NCBI GenBank assembly: GCA_947630055.1
Contig: CANRGA010000003.1
Coordinates: 1,050 to 65,049 of the forward strand
Source: an uncultured Bacilli bacterium
Lineage (GTDB): Bacteria; Bacillota_I; Bacilli_A; RF39; UBA660
Direction: 5' to 3'
DNA: 64,000 nt
Each line of letters begins with the position of its first letter. The stretch's first letter is position 1. A model generated the notes under the pieces. It saw only the letters and a program-made list of their open reading frames with translations, had not been told where the DNA came from and did no database searches. Below, piece by piece: positions 1 through 9,817 of this stretch. A program made the position numbers and the translations under genes.

Positions 1-450
1 TATAAAGTTAAGATAGAAGTACCTTTTAGAGAAACTATAACTAAATATACAGGAAAAAATAGATATAATTTAAATATTAAAATAGATGATGATAAATATA
101 CTATTTTAAAAAGTAGGTTAAAACAAAAAAAGAAAGAAGAGATTAATTTATATAAATTAAATGATTTTGAAATTAACTTAGTTAGAGAAAAAGAATATGT
201 GAAAGAGACTAATATTTTATCGAAAGATGAAGCCTATAATAAGGCGATAAAATTAGCTACAGATAAGATAAATTTAAAATTAAGGGAAAATGAGAAGATT
301 TTAGTTAAAAAAGTTTTGAAAAAAGAGCTAAATGATAGTACAATATACTTAGAAGTATTTATAGTAACCAAAGAAAATATTGGTATAAGACAAGTAGTAA
401 AGGAGGAAGCCCTTAATGATAACAAGTATATTTCAAAAGGTAATGAATAA
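1..450 (+). CDS. C-terminal part of a YqfD-like sporulation protein (5' end outside window)
   Basis: Frame 1 is open from base 1 to the stop at 448-450. Its position upstream of ybeY-dgkA-era-recO mirrors the Bacillus yqfD neighbourhood. The call rests on synteny only. Confidence 0.35.
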   Translation, partial: YKVKIEVPFRETITKYTGKNRYNLNIKIDDDKYTILKSRLKQKKKEEINLYKLNDFEINLVREKEYVKETNILSKDEAYNKAIKLATDKINLKLRENEKILVKKVLKKELNDSTIYLEVFIVTKENIGIRQVVKEEALNDNKYISKGNE

Positions 451-1033
451 TATATGGCCAATGTTAGTAGTATTTATTGTTGCTATTGCGTTAATTAGAT
501 TTTTCTATTTACAAACTCATCGAGAAAAATTTTGCTTACATAAAGAACTTTCTTATTTATTTGCCATTATTTATATTTGGTTATTATTTGAAATACTTAC
601 TATGACAGAACTTAATAGTACTAGTGGAATGAATTTAGTTCCTTTCTCGGAAATATTTAGATATGAATTTGGGACCAAAATGTTTAATTATAATGTATTA
701 GGTAATATTATAATTTTCTTACCTTTTGGATATTTAGTAGGAGAATATGTTAATCCCAAAAAGATATGGCCAATTTTAATAACTACTTTAGTAACTAGTT
801 TGGCAATAGAGTTTGTTCAACTGCAAATAGGAAGATCTTTTGATATTGATGATATTATATTAAATGTTGCTGGAGGCTTACTCGGTTATTTACTATATAT
901 AGGTTTAAGTGCGATAAGTAGACATTTACCTGATTTCTTTAAAAGTGATTTATTTTATAATGTTTTATGGATTTTAGTAATAGTATTATTTGGTATTTAT
1001 ATTTTTGGTTATTGGGGAGTTATATTTAAATGA
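416..1033 (+). CDS. VanZ-family membrane protein
   Basis: Multi-TM protein with VanZ-like motifs (PFGYL..., SLAIEFVQLQIGRSFDIDDIILNVAGGLLGY). Confidence 0.7.
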   Translation: MITSIFQKVMNNIWPMLVVFIVAIALIRFFYLQTHREKFCLHKELSYLFAIIYIWLLFEILTMTELNSTSGMNLVPFSEIFRYEFGTKMFNYNVLGNIIIFLPFGYLVGEYVNPKKIWPILITTLVTSLAIEFVQLQIGRSFDIDDIILNVAGGLLGYLLYIGLSAISRHLPDFFKSDLFYNVLWILVIVLFGIYIFGYWGVIFK

Positions 1034-1485
1034 TAGATTATAGTATTACAAATGAATATGGTTATGATAAAGATTATAGTTATTTAGATAGTTTAATTAA
1101 AAGGACATTAAAACATGAGCATGTTAAAAATGCGACTTTTAGTATTGTTTTTGTTAATGAAGCAAAAATCCAAGATTTAAATAAAAATTATCGTGGTATT
1201 GATAAAATTACGGATGTTATATCATTTGCATTTGAAGATAATGCTGATATAGTGTATAATAATATGCGATTTTTAGGTGAAATATATATATGTATTCCAA
1301 GGATGATAGAACAAGCCAAAGACTATGGGCATAGTGAAATAAGAGAACTTGCTTTTTTAACTTGCCATGGCTTATTACATCTACTTGGATATGATCATCA
1401 AACTAAAGATGAAGAAGAGATTATGTTTTCGTTGCAGGAGGAGTTGTTAGAAAAAGATGAAAGAACCAAAAAAGAAAGAAGTTAG
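1030..1485 (+). CDS. ybeY: rRNA maturation endoribonuclease YbeY
   Basis: Zinc motif HGLLHLLGYDH. Size and position before dgkA-era fit. Confidence 0.9.
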   Translation: MIDYSITNEYGYDKDYSYLDSLIKRTLKHEHVKNATFSIVFVNEAKIQDLNKNYRGIDKITDVISFAFEDNADIVYNNMRFLGEIYICIPRMIEQAKDYGHSEIRELAFLTCHGLLHLLGYDHQTKDEEEIMFSLQEELLEKDERTKKERS

Positions 1486-1858
1486 TTTAGTAAGAAATAT
1501 TTTAAATAAATGTAAGTATTCTTATCAAGGACTATCATATTGTTTTCAAAATGAATCATCATTTTTAATCGAAGCAATAAGCGCATGTCTTATTATTATC
1601 ATGGGAATTGTTTTTGATATTACCTTTTTAGAATGGGTTATTTCTTTTGGTAGTTTATGTTTAATAACGATTATTGAACTACTTAATACAGCGATTGAAG
1701 CTACTGTTGATATGGTTACCCAAGAATATAATGAATATGCTAAAATTGCGAAAGACTGTGGCTCTGCTGCAACTGGAATCATGACTCTTTTAGCTATGCT
1801 TGTTAATTTAATAATTTTTGTGCCGTATTTTATCAAGTTGTTTGTTGATTTGTTTTAG
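1457..1858 (+). CDS. dgkA: Diacylglycerol/undecaprenol kinase DgkA family
   Basis: Small 3-TM protein with the ELLNTAIEATVD motif. Lies between ybeY and era. Confidence 0.8.
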   Translation: MKEPKKKEVSLVRNILNKCKYSYQGLSYCFQNESSFLIEAISACLIIIMGIVFDITFLEWVISFGSLCLITIIELLNTAIEATVDMVTQEYNEYAKIAKDCGSAATGIMTLLAMLVNLIIFVPYFIKLFVDLF

Positions 1859-1865
1859 GTGAATT

Positions 1866-2747
1866 ATGAAGAGTGGATTTGTAAGTATAGTCGGAAGACC
1901 TAATGTTGGCAAAAGCACTTTATTAAATAGTATCCTAGAGCGTAAAATAGCAATTACTTCTAATGTATCTGGAACAACAAGAAATATTATTGAAGGCATT
2001 TATCATGATCAAGATACCCAAATAATTTTTGTGGATACTCCAGGAATTGCTAAGCCTTTAGATAGACTTGGAAAAGTACTTAATAAACAAGCTTATTCTT
2101 TAACTAAAGATGTTGATTTAATTTTACTTGTAGTAGACATTGGATCAGGTATTGGTAAAGGTGATAAATTTTTAATGGATTCTTTGCTTAATAATAAAGT
2201 ACCTGTTATTTTAGTAATTAATAAAATAGATAAAGTTTCAAACGAAACTTTAATTATGGCTATTAATGAATATAAAGATTATTCTTTTGCTGAAATTGTG
2301 CCGGTATCGGCTAAGGTTAATGATAATATTGATCATTTAATCGAAGTTATAAAAAAATATTTAAAAGATAATGTTAAGTATTATGATGATGATATTGTTA
2401 CAAGTAGTTCATTAACCTTTATGGCAGGAGAGTTGGTAAGAGAGAAGTTACTCCAAAATACGAAAGAAGAAATACCACATTCTATTACATGTCATTGCAC
2501 TAAAATAGAAGAGAAAAAAGGGATAATGCATGTAAGTGTTGATATTATCGTAGATAAACCAAATATTAAAAAAATAATTATTGGTGCTGGTGGCGAAATG
2601 CTTAAAAAAGTTGGTATTGCTGCCCGTGCTGACTTAGAAGAATTAATGCAAAAAAAAGTTTATTTAGATTTATATGTTAAAGTTTTAGAAAACTGGAAAG
2701 ATAAAGAAAAATATTTAAAAGAATTAGGTTTCTTTGATTATGAATAA
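1866..2747 (+). CDS. era: GTPase Era
   Basis: G1 GRPNVGKST, G3 DTPG, G4 NKID, and a C-terminal KH-like region. Confidence 0.95.
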   Translation: MKSGFVSIVGRPNVGKSTLLNSILERKIAITSNVSGTTRNIIEGIYHDQDTQIIFVDTPGIAKPLDRLGKVLNKQAYSLTKDVDLILLVVDIGSGIGKGDKFLMDSLLNNKVPVILVINKIDKVSNETLIMAINEYKDYSFAEIVPVSAKVNDNIDHLIEVIKKYLKDNVKYYDDDIVTSSSLTFMAGELVREKLLQNTKEEIPHSITCHCTKIEEKKGIMHVSVDIIVDKPNIKKIIIGAGGEMLKKVGIAARADLEELMQKKVYLDLYVKVLENWKDKEKYLKELGFFDYE

Positions 2748-2791
2748 AAAAATTAACACTTTCCCATTATAGTAATAGGAAGGTGATAAAA

Positions 2792-2872
2792 ATGACTAAA
2801 AAAGAAGCTTGGGAAAAATTTAAAAATAGTGGTAAGATTGAAGATTATTTAAATTATAAAAAAATAAAATAG
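2792..2872 (+). CDS. YqzL-like small protein (26 aa, not in the ORF track)
   Basis: ATG preceded by aaggtga. Peptide MTKKEAWEKFKNSGKIEDYLNYKKIK resembles the YqzL family. It sits between era and recO, as in Bacillus. Confidence 0.5.
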   Translation: MTKKEAWEKFKNSGKIEDYLNYKKIK

Positions 2873-2888
2873 AAGAGAAGTTGATTTC

Positions 2889-3632
2889 ATGGCAAGTAAT
2901 ATTCTAAAAGTAAATGGTTTTATTTTAGCAGAAACTCCTTATGGGGATACTTCTAAAATAATTAAAGTATTTACTAAAGAATATGGCCTTATTAGTATGA
3001 TGGCTAAAGGTGCTATGAATGTTAAAAGTAAACTAAGAAGTTCTACTTTAAAATTTACTTACGGTGTATTTAATATTTATTATAAAGAAGATAAATTATC
3101 TACCTTAGTAAGTGTTGATATTATTAATTCTTTAAAAAAAATAAAAAGTGATATTTTACTGATTAGTTATTTATCTTATTTATCTGAATTAATTAATCAA
3201 GTTTTAAAACAAACGAAAGAATATTCTCAAATATATGAAGATTTTATTAATACTGTTTTAAAATTAGAAGAAGGATTAAATCCTGTAGTTATAACTAATA
3301 TATTGGAAGTTAAATTACTGGACTATTTAGGTGTAGGTCTTAACCTTACTAGTTGTATCATGTGTGGTAGTAAAAAAGATATTGTTACATTGTCAAGTGA
3401 AAAAGGGGGACTTATTTGTAAGAATTGTTATACTGATGAAAAAATACTTCCTTTAAGTATTGTTAGAACTATTAATATGTATTATTTAGTTGATATCAAA
3501 AGTATTGATAAAATAGCGATACCTAATAATATTATTAATGATATTAATAGATTTTTAACTAGTTATTATGATGATTATACAGGTCTTTATTTAAAGAGTA
3601 AAGATTTCTTAAAGACAATTGCTAAATTATAA
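2889..3632 (+). CDS. recO: DNA repair protein RecO
   Basis: N-terminal OB-fold-like region, CxxC...CxxC zinc cluster (CIMCG...CKNC), position after era. Confidence 0.85.
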   Translation: MASNILKVNGFILAETPYGDTSKIIKVFTKEYGLISMMAKGAMNVKSKLRSSTLKFTYGVFNIYYKEDKLSTLVSVDIINSLKKIKSDILLISYLSYLSELINQVLKQTKEYSQIYEDFINTVLKLEEGLNPVVITNILEVKLLDYLGVGLNLTSCIMCGSKKDIVTLSSEKGGLICKNCYTDEKILPLSIVRTINMYYLVDIKSIDKIAIPNNIINDINRFLTSYYDDYTGLYLKSKDFLKTIAKL

Positions 3633-3702
3633 ATGGTAATTGTTTTTTTATTGAGAAATTACTAAAAATGCTATATACTATAAATAAAGATAAGGTGATA
3701 AT

Positions 3703-4365
3703 ATGAAAAAAATTATTAATTATATTTTAGTTAGTTTAGTCTTACTTTTAAATGTTTCTTTTGTTAAAGCTGAAATAATTGATGATTTAGTTAGTAAATT
3801 ACCAGCTGAATTAAATAATTGTTATGGCAAAATATATAATAAAGATGCAGCCTCTGAAAAAATAGATTATAAAGTAAATTTAGATGATGATATGCTATAT
3901 ATAACCCAAGAAAAAGATGGTAAGACTGTGTTTGTTGAAGGTTTTACTTTTGCTGATAATATTATTAGTTATGAAGAAATTTATAATAAAGATACAAATT
4001 ATCAAGAATTAGAGCAAAGAAATGAAGTTAACTATTTAGCAATTTTTAATGTAGTAGCTGTATTATCTGATTATACCGAAAATTATAATAATCAAATTAT
4101 AGATATTTTAACAGCAGGAGATTTAGATAATAATGGTTATAATTTAACTAGAGAGACAACTGATACAAGTATTATAGAAGATTTTAAAATCAATATTAAA
4201 AGATTTACTATGCAAGAAGAGTTAGAACAAGAAAATAATAAGGAAAGTAATAGTGGCAGAAGAACAACAGGTTATGTTATTGCAACGATCATTGTTATTA
4301 TTGGTTTAATGTTATTAGTATTTTTTAATCGCGATTTTATTTTCGGCGGAAAATTTTTTAAATAA
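3703..4365 (+). CDS. Hypothetical secreted protein with C-terminal TM anchor
   Basis: N-terminal signal peptide (…NVSFVKA/E) and a C-terminal hydrophobic helix. No recognisable family. Confidence 0.5.
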   Translation: MKKIINYILVSLVLLLNVSFVKAEIIDDLVSKLPAELNNCYGKIYNKDAASEKIDYKVNLDDDMLYITQEKDGKTVFVEGFTFADNIISYEEIYNKDTNYQELEQRNEVNYLAIFNVVAVLSDYTENYNNQIIDILTAGDLDNNGYNLTRETTDTSIIEDFKINIKRFTMQEELEQENNKESNSGRRTTGYVIATIIVIIGLMLLVFFNRDFIFGGKFFK

Positions 4366-4386
4366 TAGTTAGGTTAGGGTGGTTTA

Positions 4387-5028
4387 ATGGCAAATTTAAT
4401 TTTTAAGTATAGCGCTATGAATGGTGGTAAAACAATTAATATATTACAAACAGCATATAGTTATGAAGATAAAGGCTTTAAAATAGTTATTATTAAATCT
4501 AAAAAAGATACTAAAGGTAAAGATAATATAGTAGCGCGTAATGGTATGATGCGAAAAGTAGATATTTTACTGAAAGAAAATGAATCATTACTTACAGAAA
4601 AAAATTATAAACTATATTATACTGCTAAAGTAATATTAGTAGATGAAGTAGAATTATTAAGTGAAAAGCAAATAAAAGAATTATGGTATATTGCTCATTT
4701 AATTAATATTCCTGTTTTATGTTATGGTTTAAAAAGCAATTTTAAAGGTGAAATATTTGGCGAAGGAGTATCTAAAATTTTTGCCATTGCTGATATTGTT
4801 GAAGAAATAGGTAGTAGTTCATTTTGCATATGTGGTCAAAAAGCCATCTTTAATGCTCGTAAAGTAAATGATAAATTTACTGATACTGGTCCAACTATTG
4901 TTATTGAAGATGGTACTAAGGAAAATGTAGAATATGTTCCTCTTTGTTCTGACTGCTATTTAAAATATGTTAAGATTCATAGTAATGAAGCTAAAACTTT
5001 AGCTAAATTAGTTGATAAAGTAAGATAA
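4387..5028 (+). CDS. tdk: Thymidine kinase
   Basis: P-loop-like SAMNGGKT, VDEVELL (Walker B-like), C-terminal Cys pairs (CICG, CSDC) typical of type II TK. Confidence 0.85.
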   Translation: MANLIFKYSAMNGGKTINILQTAYSYEDKGFKIVIIKSKKDTKGKDNIVARNGMMRKVDILLKENESLLTEKNYKLYYTAKVILVDEVELLSEKQIKELWYIAHLINIPVLCYGLKSNFKGEIFGEGVSKIFAIADIVEEIGSSSFCICGQKAIFNARKVNDKFTDTGPTIVIEDGTKENVEYVPLCSDCYLKYVKIHSNEAKTLAKLVDKVR

Positions 5029-5089
5029 AAAAATAAAGAAATAATTTCTTTATTTTTTTATCTTATAGGAAAGTTCATATTATCCAGAA

Positions 5090-5275
5090 GGTTATGGTTT
5101 ATGTTAGTTGATCATGCATACAAATTTAGAATGTATCCAAGTGTAAAACAAGAAGAATTAATAAATAAATAATAAATCAATAAATAAGTACGGCAGCGAC
5201 TGTCGGAAATATGGTCTGTGGAGGAGTAAAATCCTAAGAAGCAGAAAAGATAAGCCGTGAGGCTTATCAAAGCAA
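5090..5275 (+). mobile_element. Internally deleted IS200/IS605-family (IS1341/TnpB-type) element remnant
   Basis: A 23-codon ORF (5101-5172, MLVDHAYKFRMYPSVKQEELINK) matches the conserved TnpB N-terminus. Another frame at 5187-5237 reads STAATVGNMVCGGVKS*, like a TnpB C-terminus. A subterminal hairpin gataagcc-gtga-ggcttatc follows at 5249-5268. Confidence 0.55.
5101..5237 (+). pseudogene. tnpB: tnpB pseudogene: N-terminal 23 codons plus C-terminal ~16 codons, middle deleted
   Basis: See the element above. A full TnpB is about 350-450 aa; here only the two ends remain, in different frames. Confidence 0.5.
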
Positions 5276-5364
5276 ATGAAAATAAATGTTAGTTTATTGA
5301 ATTTGCTTTTGTTCTTGACAAATGTTATATGGTGTTATATGCTGTTATATATAAAGGAGTAATA

Positions 5365-5745
5365 ATGAAGTTAATAATAAGTAATAGTAGTCCCATACCC
5401 ATATATGAACAAATAAAAACTAGTATTATTGAACAGATTAATAATAATGAACTGGAAGAAAATGAAATATTACCTTCTATTCGTAATTTAGCTCAAGATA
5501 TCAAAATAAGTGTAATGACAATAAAGAAAGCTTATGATGAATTAGAAAAAGAAGGATATATTAAAAGTATTCAAGGTAAAGGTACTTTTGTTTCTCCAAA
5601 GAGTGATAATTTAATCAGAGAAAATGCCCAAAAAGAAATTGAAAAACATATTGAAAGTGCAGTTAATATTGCAAGTATGTATGGTATAAGTAAGAATACA
5701 ATTAAAGAATTAGTTGATATATTTTATGAAAGTGGTGGAAAATGA
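5365..5745 (+). CDS. GntR-family transcriptional regulator (YtrA-like, short)
   Basis: Winged-helix motif PIYEQIK...LPSIRNLAQDIKISVMTIKKAYDELEKEGYI. ATG 5365 follows aaggag; the track ORF start at 5329 lacks an RBS. Confidence 0.8.
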   Translation: MKLIISNSSPIPIYEQIKTSIIEQINNNELEENEILPSIRNLAQDIKISVMTIKKAYDELEKEGYIKSIQGKGTFVSPKSDNLIRENAQKEIEKHIESAVNIASMYGISKNTIKELVDIFYESGGK

Positions 5746-6584
5746 AAAATATAATTGAAATTAAAAATTTAGTTAAAAAATATGATAACTTTACTCTAGG
5801 AGAATTATCATTAGATATTCCTAGTGGTTGTATTATTGGTTTAATTGGCGAAAATGGGGCTGGTAAAACAACTTTAATAAAGTGTTTACTTAATATTATA
5901 AAAAAAGATCAAGGTGAAATTAAAATATTTGGTGAGTCTAATTATTTAAATGATGATATTGGGGTAGTATTAGATAATATGTTTTTCTCGGAAATATTAA
6001 AGCCTCAAGAAATAGGAAAAATAATGCAAGGTATTTATCAAAATTGGGATACTGATTTATTTAATAATTATTTAAAAGAGTTTGAACTACCTAGTAATAA
6101 ACCAATTAAAGAATTATCTAAAGGGATGCGTAAAAAATTAGAAATAGCAACGGCCTTATCACATCATCCTAAACTTTTAATTTTAGATGAGCCAACTAGT
6201 GGTTTAGATCCCGTAGTTAGAAGTGAAGTATTAGATTTATTTTTAGAATTTATTCAAGATGAAGATAAAAGTATTATTTTATCAACGCATATTACAAGCG
6301 ATTTAGAACACATTGCGGATAAAATAATATTTATAGATGAAGGTAAGATAGTTTTAAATGAAATGCGTGATGATATAATAGATGATTATGGTATCTTAAA
6401 ATGTCCTAAAGAAGAATTTAAAAATATTAAAAAAGAAGATATAGTTCGTTATAAACAAAATAAATATAATTATGAAGTACTTGTTAAAAATAAAAAAGAA
6501 ATAAAGAAAAAATATAAAAAGATGGTAATTGATAATATTACTTTAGAAGAATTAATGGTACTGATGATAAAAGGAGAAGCATAA
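5742..6584 (+). CDS. ABC transporter ATP-binding protein
   Basis: Walker A GENGAGKTT, signature LSKGMRKK, Walker B LLILDEPTSGLD. Overlaps the GntR stop. Confidence 0.9.
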   Translation: MKNIIEIKNLVKKYDNFTLGELSLDIPSGCIIGLIGENGAGKTTLIKCLLNIIKKDQGEIKIFGESNYLNDDIGVVLDNMFFSEILKPQEIGKIMQGIYQNWDTDLFNNYLKEFELPSNKPIKELSKGMRKKLEIATALSHHPKLLILDEPTSGLDPVVRSEVLDLFLEFIQDEDKSIILSTHITSDLEHIADKIIFIDEGKIVLNEMRDDIIDDYGILKCPKEEFKNIKKEDIVRYKQNKYNYEVLVKNKKEIKKKYKKMVIDNITLEELMVLMIKGEA

Positions 6585-7207
6585 TGTTAGGATTTATTAA
6601 AAAAGATTTATTTATAATTAAAAATAATTTAAAATTTATAGGACTTATATTTATAGTTTATTTACTAATGGCTTTTACTAATAAAATGGATGTTACTTTT
6701 TTATTACCATTCTTAAGTGTTGTGTTAATGATTTCGACATTTAGTTATGATGATTTTAATAATTGGAATGCTTATGCTGTAACTCTACCTAAGGGAAGAG
6801 CCAATATTGTTAGAGCAAAATATTTATCTACTTTAATATTATTAGTTATTTCGACAATTATCGTAACTATTATATCTATCTTAGTAAGTTTGGTAAATAA
6901 AATGCCAATTAATTATAGTGAACTACTACTTATGATGTCTGTAACTATGTATACTACGGCTTTAGTATTAGTTATTATGTATCCAATTATTTTTAAATTC
7001 GGCGTTGAAAAGGGAAGAATTGCGATATTTATATTAATTTTTGGTATAGCTATATTAGGAGGATTATTTATAGATTATATTAATTTATCTAGTGTTGTTA
7101 AATTATTAGATAAGTACTGGCAAATAATTATTCCTGTAACGGGAATAGGCTTAATTTATATATCTTATATTATTTCTAAAAGAATTGTTATGAAAAAGGA
7201 ATATTAA
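6584..7207 (+). CDS. ABC-2-type permease
   Basis: Six hydrophobic segments; translationally coupled to the ATPase (ATGA-type overlap). Confidence 0.6.
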   Translation: MLGFIKKDLFIIKNNLKFIGLIFIVYLLMAFTNKMDVTFLLPFLSVVLMISTFSYDDFNNWNAYAVTLPKGRANIVRAKYLSTLILLVISTIIVTIISILVSLVNKMPINYSELLLMMSVTMYTTALVLVIMYPIIFKFGVEKGRIAIFILIFGIAILGGLFIDYINLSSVVKLLDKYWQIIIPVTGIGLIYISYIISKRIVMKKEY

Positions 7208-7291
7208 CTTTTAATTATCAATTTATTGTAAAATTAAGCCACTAGCAACTAAATTTTTTCCTATTTGTGATATGATTATAGAGTGGTGAAT

Positions 7292-8254
7292 ATGAAAAGA
7301 AGAAAAAAGAAAAATTTATATAAAATTTTAATTATTTTAGTAATATTTATAGTAGTTATTGGTTTAATATTTTTAGGTATAGATAAAATATTTAAAAAAG
7401 ATGATATTAAAGATAATAATTCAAGTAATGAAATAAATGATAATATTGATGATAATGAAGAAGAAATAATATTTAATGATTATGATGTTACTAATAAAAC
7501 TTACGATGATGTCTCTGTACTTAAATATTATGATGAAGAGGCATTTAATAAAGATGATAAAGATAAAGACATAAAGCCTTTTATTTTAAAAAGATTAAAT
7601 GAATTTAGTAAATTAGATACAAGAATCAAAAAAATAATTAACAATTATGATGATTATCCTGAAAAATTATTAGCGTCTCTATCTATGAATATTGAACTTA
7701 CATCTTTTGTTATTAATTATCCAAGTAAAAAAGGTAAAGTATATAGTGAAGATATTGGTGAGTTTGAAGGTGATATTCCTAGATTATTTCAATGGGATGA
7801 AAGATGGGGCTATGGTAATTATGGCACAAGTAATATTGCCATAAGTGGTTGTGGTCCAACTTCATTAGCCATGGTAGTAGCGGCTTTAAAAAAAGATAAT
7901 TCTGTTACGCCATATGAAATTGCCAAGCTTGCAGAAGAAAAAGGTTATTATGTTGAAAATTCTGGTACTACTTGGGATTTAATTAGAGAAGGTGCTAAAG
8001 ATTATGGACTTAAAGTAAATGAACTTCCTCTATCAGAAAGTAGTATGAAAAATGCTTTAAATAATGGTCACTATATTATTTTAAATTTAAGAAAAGGTGA
8101 CTTTACCATTAATGGTCATTATATTGTTGTTACTGGAGTAGAAAATGGTAAATTTAAAGTGAATGATCCAAATAGTTTACTTCGTAGTAATATGTTATGG
8201 GAATTTAATCGAATTAAAGATCAAATTAAAAATTTATGGGAACTTTATATATAA
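7292..8254 (+). CDS. Membrane-anchored peptidase C39-like domain protein
   Basis: N-terminal TM, acidic linker, C-terminal C39-like domain with the catalytic-Cys context ISGCGPTSLAMV. The start (ATG 7292 vs GTG 7283) is uncertain. Confidence 0.6.
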   Translation: MKRRKKKNLYKILIILVIFIVVIGLIFLGIDKIFKKDDIKDNNSSNEINDNIDDNEEEIIFNDYDVTNKTYDDVSVLKYYDEEAFNKDDKDKDIKPFILKRLNEFSKLDTRIKKIINNYDDYPEKLLASLSMNIELTSFVINYPSKKGKVYSEDIGEFEGDIPRLFQWDERWGYGNYGTSNIAISGCGPTSLAMVVAALKKDNSVTPYEIAKLAEEKGYYVENSGTTWDLIREGAKDYGLKVNELPLSESSMKNALNNGHYIILNLRKGDFTINGHYIVVTGVENGKFKVNDPNSLLRSNMLWEFNRIKDQIKNLWELYI

Positions 8255-8353
8255 AATATACTTTTAGATAATTTTAAACATATTTTGACATCTTTTGTCG
8301 AAGTTGTTTAAAATTATCTTTTTTTGTTCTATATTATAATAGCAGGTGAATGT

Positions 8354-8668
8354 ATGTTAAAAATGGATTTGGAGTATAAGCAAAATATACTTTTTATACG
8401 CTTAGATGGTGAATTAAAAAGGAAGTCTTGTTATAAACTTAATAACTATTTAAATCCTGTACTTGCTAAACATAAAATAAAAAAAGCAATTATTAATTTA
8501 GCTAATTTAAAAAGTATTGATCAACAAGGACTTGATGCCATTTTAAGATTAAAATGTACTATGCGCAAAAATCACGGAATTATACTTATATGCCATTTAC
8601 CTCAAAATTTAAGTAAAGCTTTAAAATCTTTAAAATTAAAAGTAGTGCCAAAAGAAATTCTGCCTTAA
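8354..8668 (+). CDS. spoIIAA: STAS-domain anti-sigma-factor antagonist (SpoIIAA-like)
   Basis: STAS fold pattern (LFIRLDGEL...LANLKSIDQQGLDAIL). Lies directly upstream of a SigF-like sigma gene and the spoVA genes. Confidence 0.7.
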   Translation: MLKMDLEYKQNILFIRLDGELKRKSCYKLNNYLNPVLAKHKIKKAIINLANLKSIDQQGLDAILRLKCTMRKNHGIILICHLPQNLSKALKSLKLKVVPKEILP

Positions 8669-8675
8669 ATTTGAT

Positions 8676-9332
8676 TTGAGGTGTGAAAGGGTGAACTATG
8701 AAGAAAAAATAATAAAAGATAATGAAAAACTAATATGGAAGTTAGCTAGTCATTTCTATGGCGTTGATAAAAATGATTTATATCAAGCTGGTGTAGTTGG
8801 TCTTCTTAAAGCCTTAAAGAAATGGAATAGAGATGAAAATACCAAATTTTCTACTTATGCCTATGATTATATTTTTGGTGAAATGTATCTTTTAGCTAGT
8901 AATAAAAATATCAAAATTAGTAAAGATATTTTAAAACTTTATAAAAGTATTGAACATGCTAGATATATTTATGCTCAAAAACTTGGTAAAGTACCAAATA
9001 ATTTAGAAATAGCCGAACTTTTAGGTTTAAGTTTAGAGAGTGTTGAAATGGCGATGAGTAGTGCTAATAGTATTTTATCTTTGGATAATAATACAGATGA
9101 AGTTCGAAGTTATTATGAAACTGTTGGTAAAGAAACAGATTATGATACTAAAATTTTAATTGATGATAGTTTTACAGTTTTATCAGAGGCAGAAAAAGAT
9201 ATTATTAAATCAAGATATTTTGAAGATTTAACGCAAAGTGAAGTAGCAAAAAAACTTAATATGACACAGGTAATGGTTTCAAGATATGAAAAGAAAAGTA
9301 TTAATAAAATGCGCGATTATTTACAAATATAA
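8676..9332 (+). CDS. sigF: Sporulation-type sigma-70 family factor (SigF-like)
   Basis: Region 2 (FSTYAYDYIFGEM) and region 4 (LTQSEVAKKLNMTQVMVSRYEKK). Synteny with the spoVA operon. The true start may be GTG 8691. Confidence 0.75.
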   Translation: MRCERVNYEEKIIKDNEKLIWKLASHFYGVDKNDLYQAGVVGLLKALKKWNRDENTKFSTYAYDYIFGEMYLLASNKNIKISKDILKLYKSIEHARYIYAQKLGKVPNNLEIAELLGLSLESVEMAMSSANSILSLDNNTDEVRSYYETVGKETDYDTKILIDDSFTVLSEAEKDIIKSRYFEDLTQSEVAKKLNMTQVMVSRYEKKSINKMRDYLQI

Positions 9333-9379
9333 GTATAAATAAAAATATTTTTTATCATAATAAGAATGGTGAAAAATAA

Positions 9380-9817
9380 ATGAATAAAGATGAATATCAA
9401 AAGTTAGTAAAATCACTTTCACCTAAAGAACCAAAATTAAGAAATGCCGGTATTGCTTTTTTAGTCGGTGGTAGTGTTGGTTTTATTGGGGAAGTGATTG
9501 TTAATATTTTAATGGAGTCTTTTGGTTTATCCCGAGTTGATTCTTGTGCGTGGCTAGCATTTTTACTAATCCTTTTTGCAACATTTATGACTGCAATTGG
9601 TAAATTTGACAATTGGGTAGCTAAATGTAAATGTGGCCTAATTATTCCGACAACTGGATTTGCCCATAGTGTTCAAAGTGCAGCACTTGATTATAAGAAA
9701 GATGGCCTAATAACTGGTATAGGTGCTAATATTTTTAAATTAGCTGGTTCAGTTATTCTTTATGGAATTGTTAGTGCTTTCTTTTTAATATTGATAAAGG
9801 TGGCGCTTTATGGCTAG
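9380..9817 (+). CDS. spoVAC: Stage V sporulation protein AC
   Basis: Typical SpoVAC sequence (…LRNAGIAFLVGGSVGFIGE…TTGFAHS…) and gene order spoVAC-AD-AE. Confidence 0.85.
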   Translation: MNKDEYQKLVKSLSPKEPKLRNAGIAFLVGGSVGFIGEVIVNILMESFGLSRVDSCAWLAFLLILFATFMTAIGKFDNWVAKCKCGLIIPTTGFAHSVQSAALDYKKDGLITGIGANIFKLAGSVILYGIVSAFFLILIKVALYG

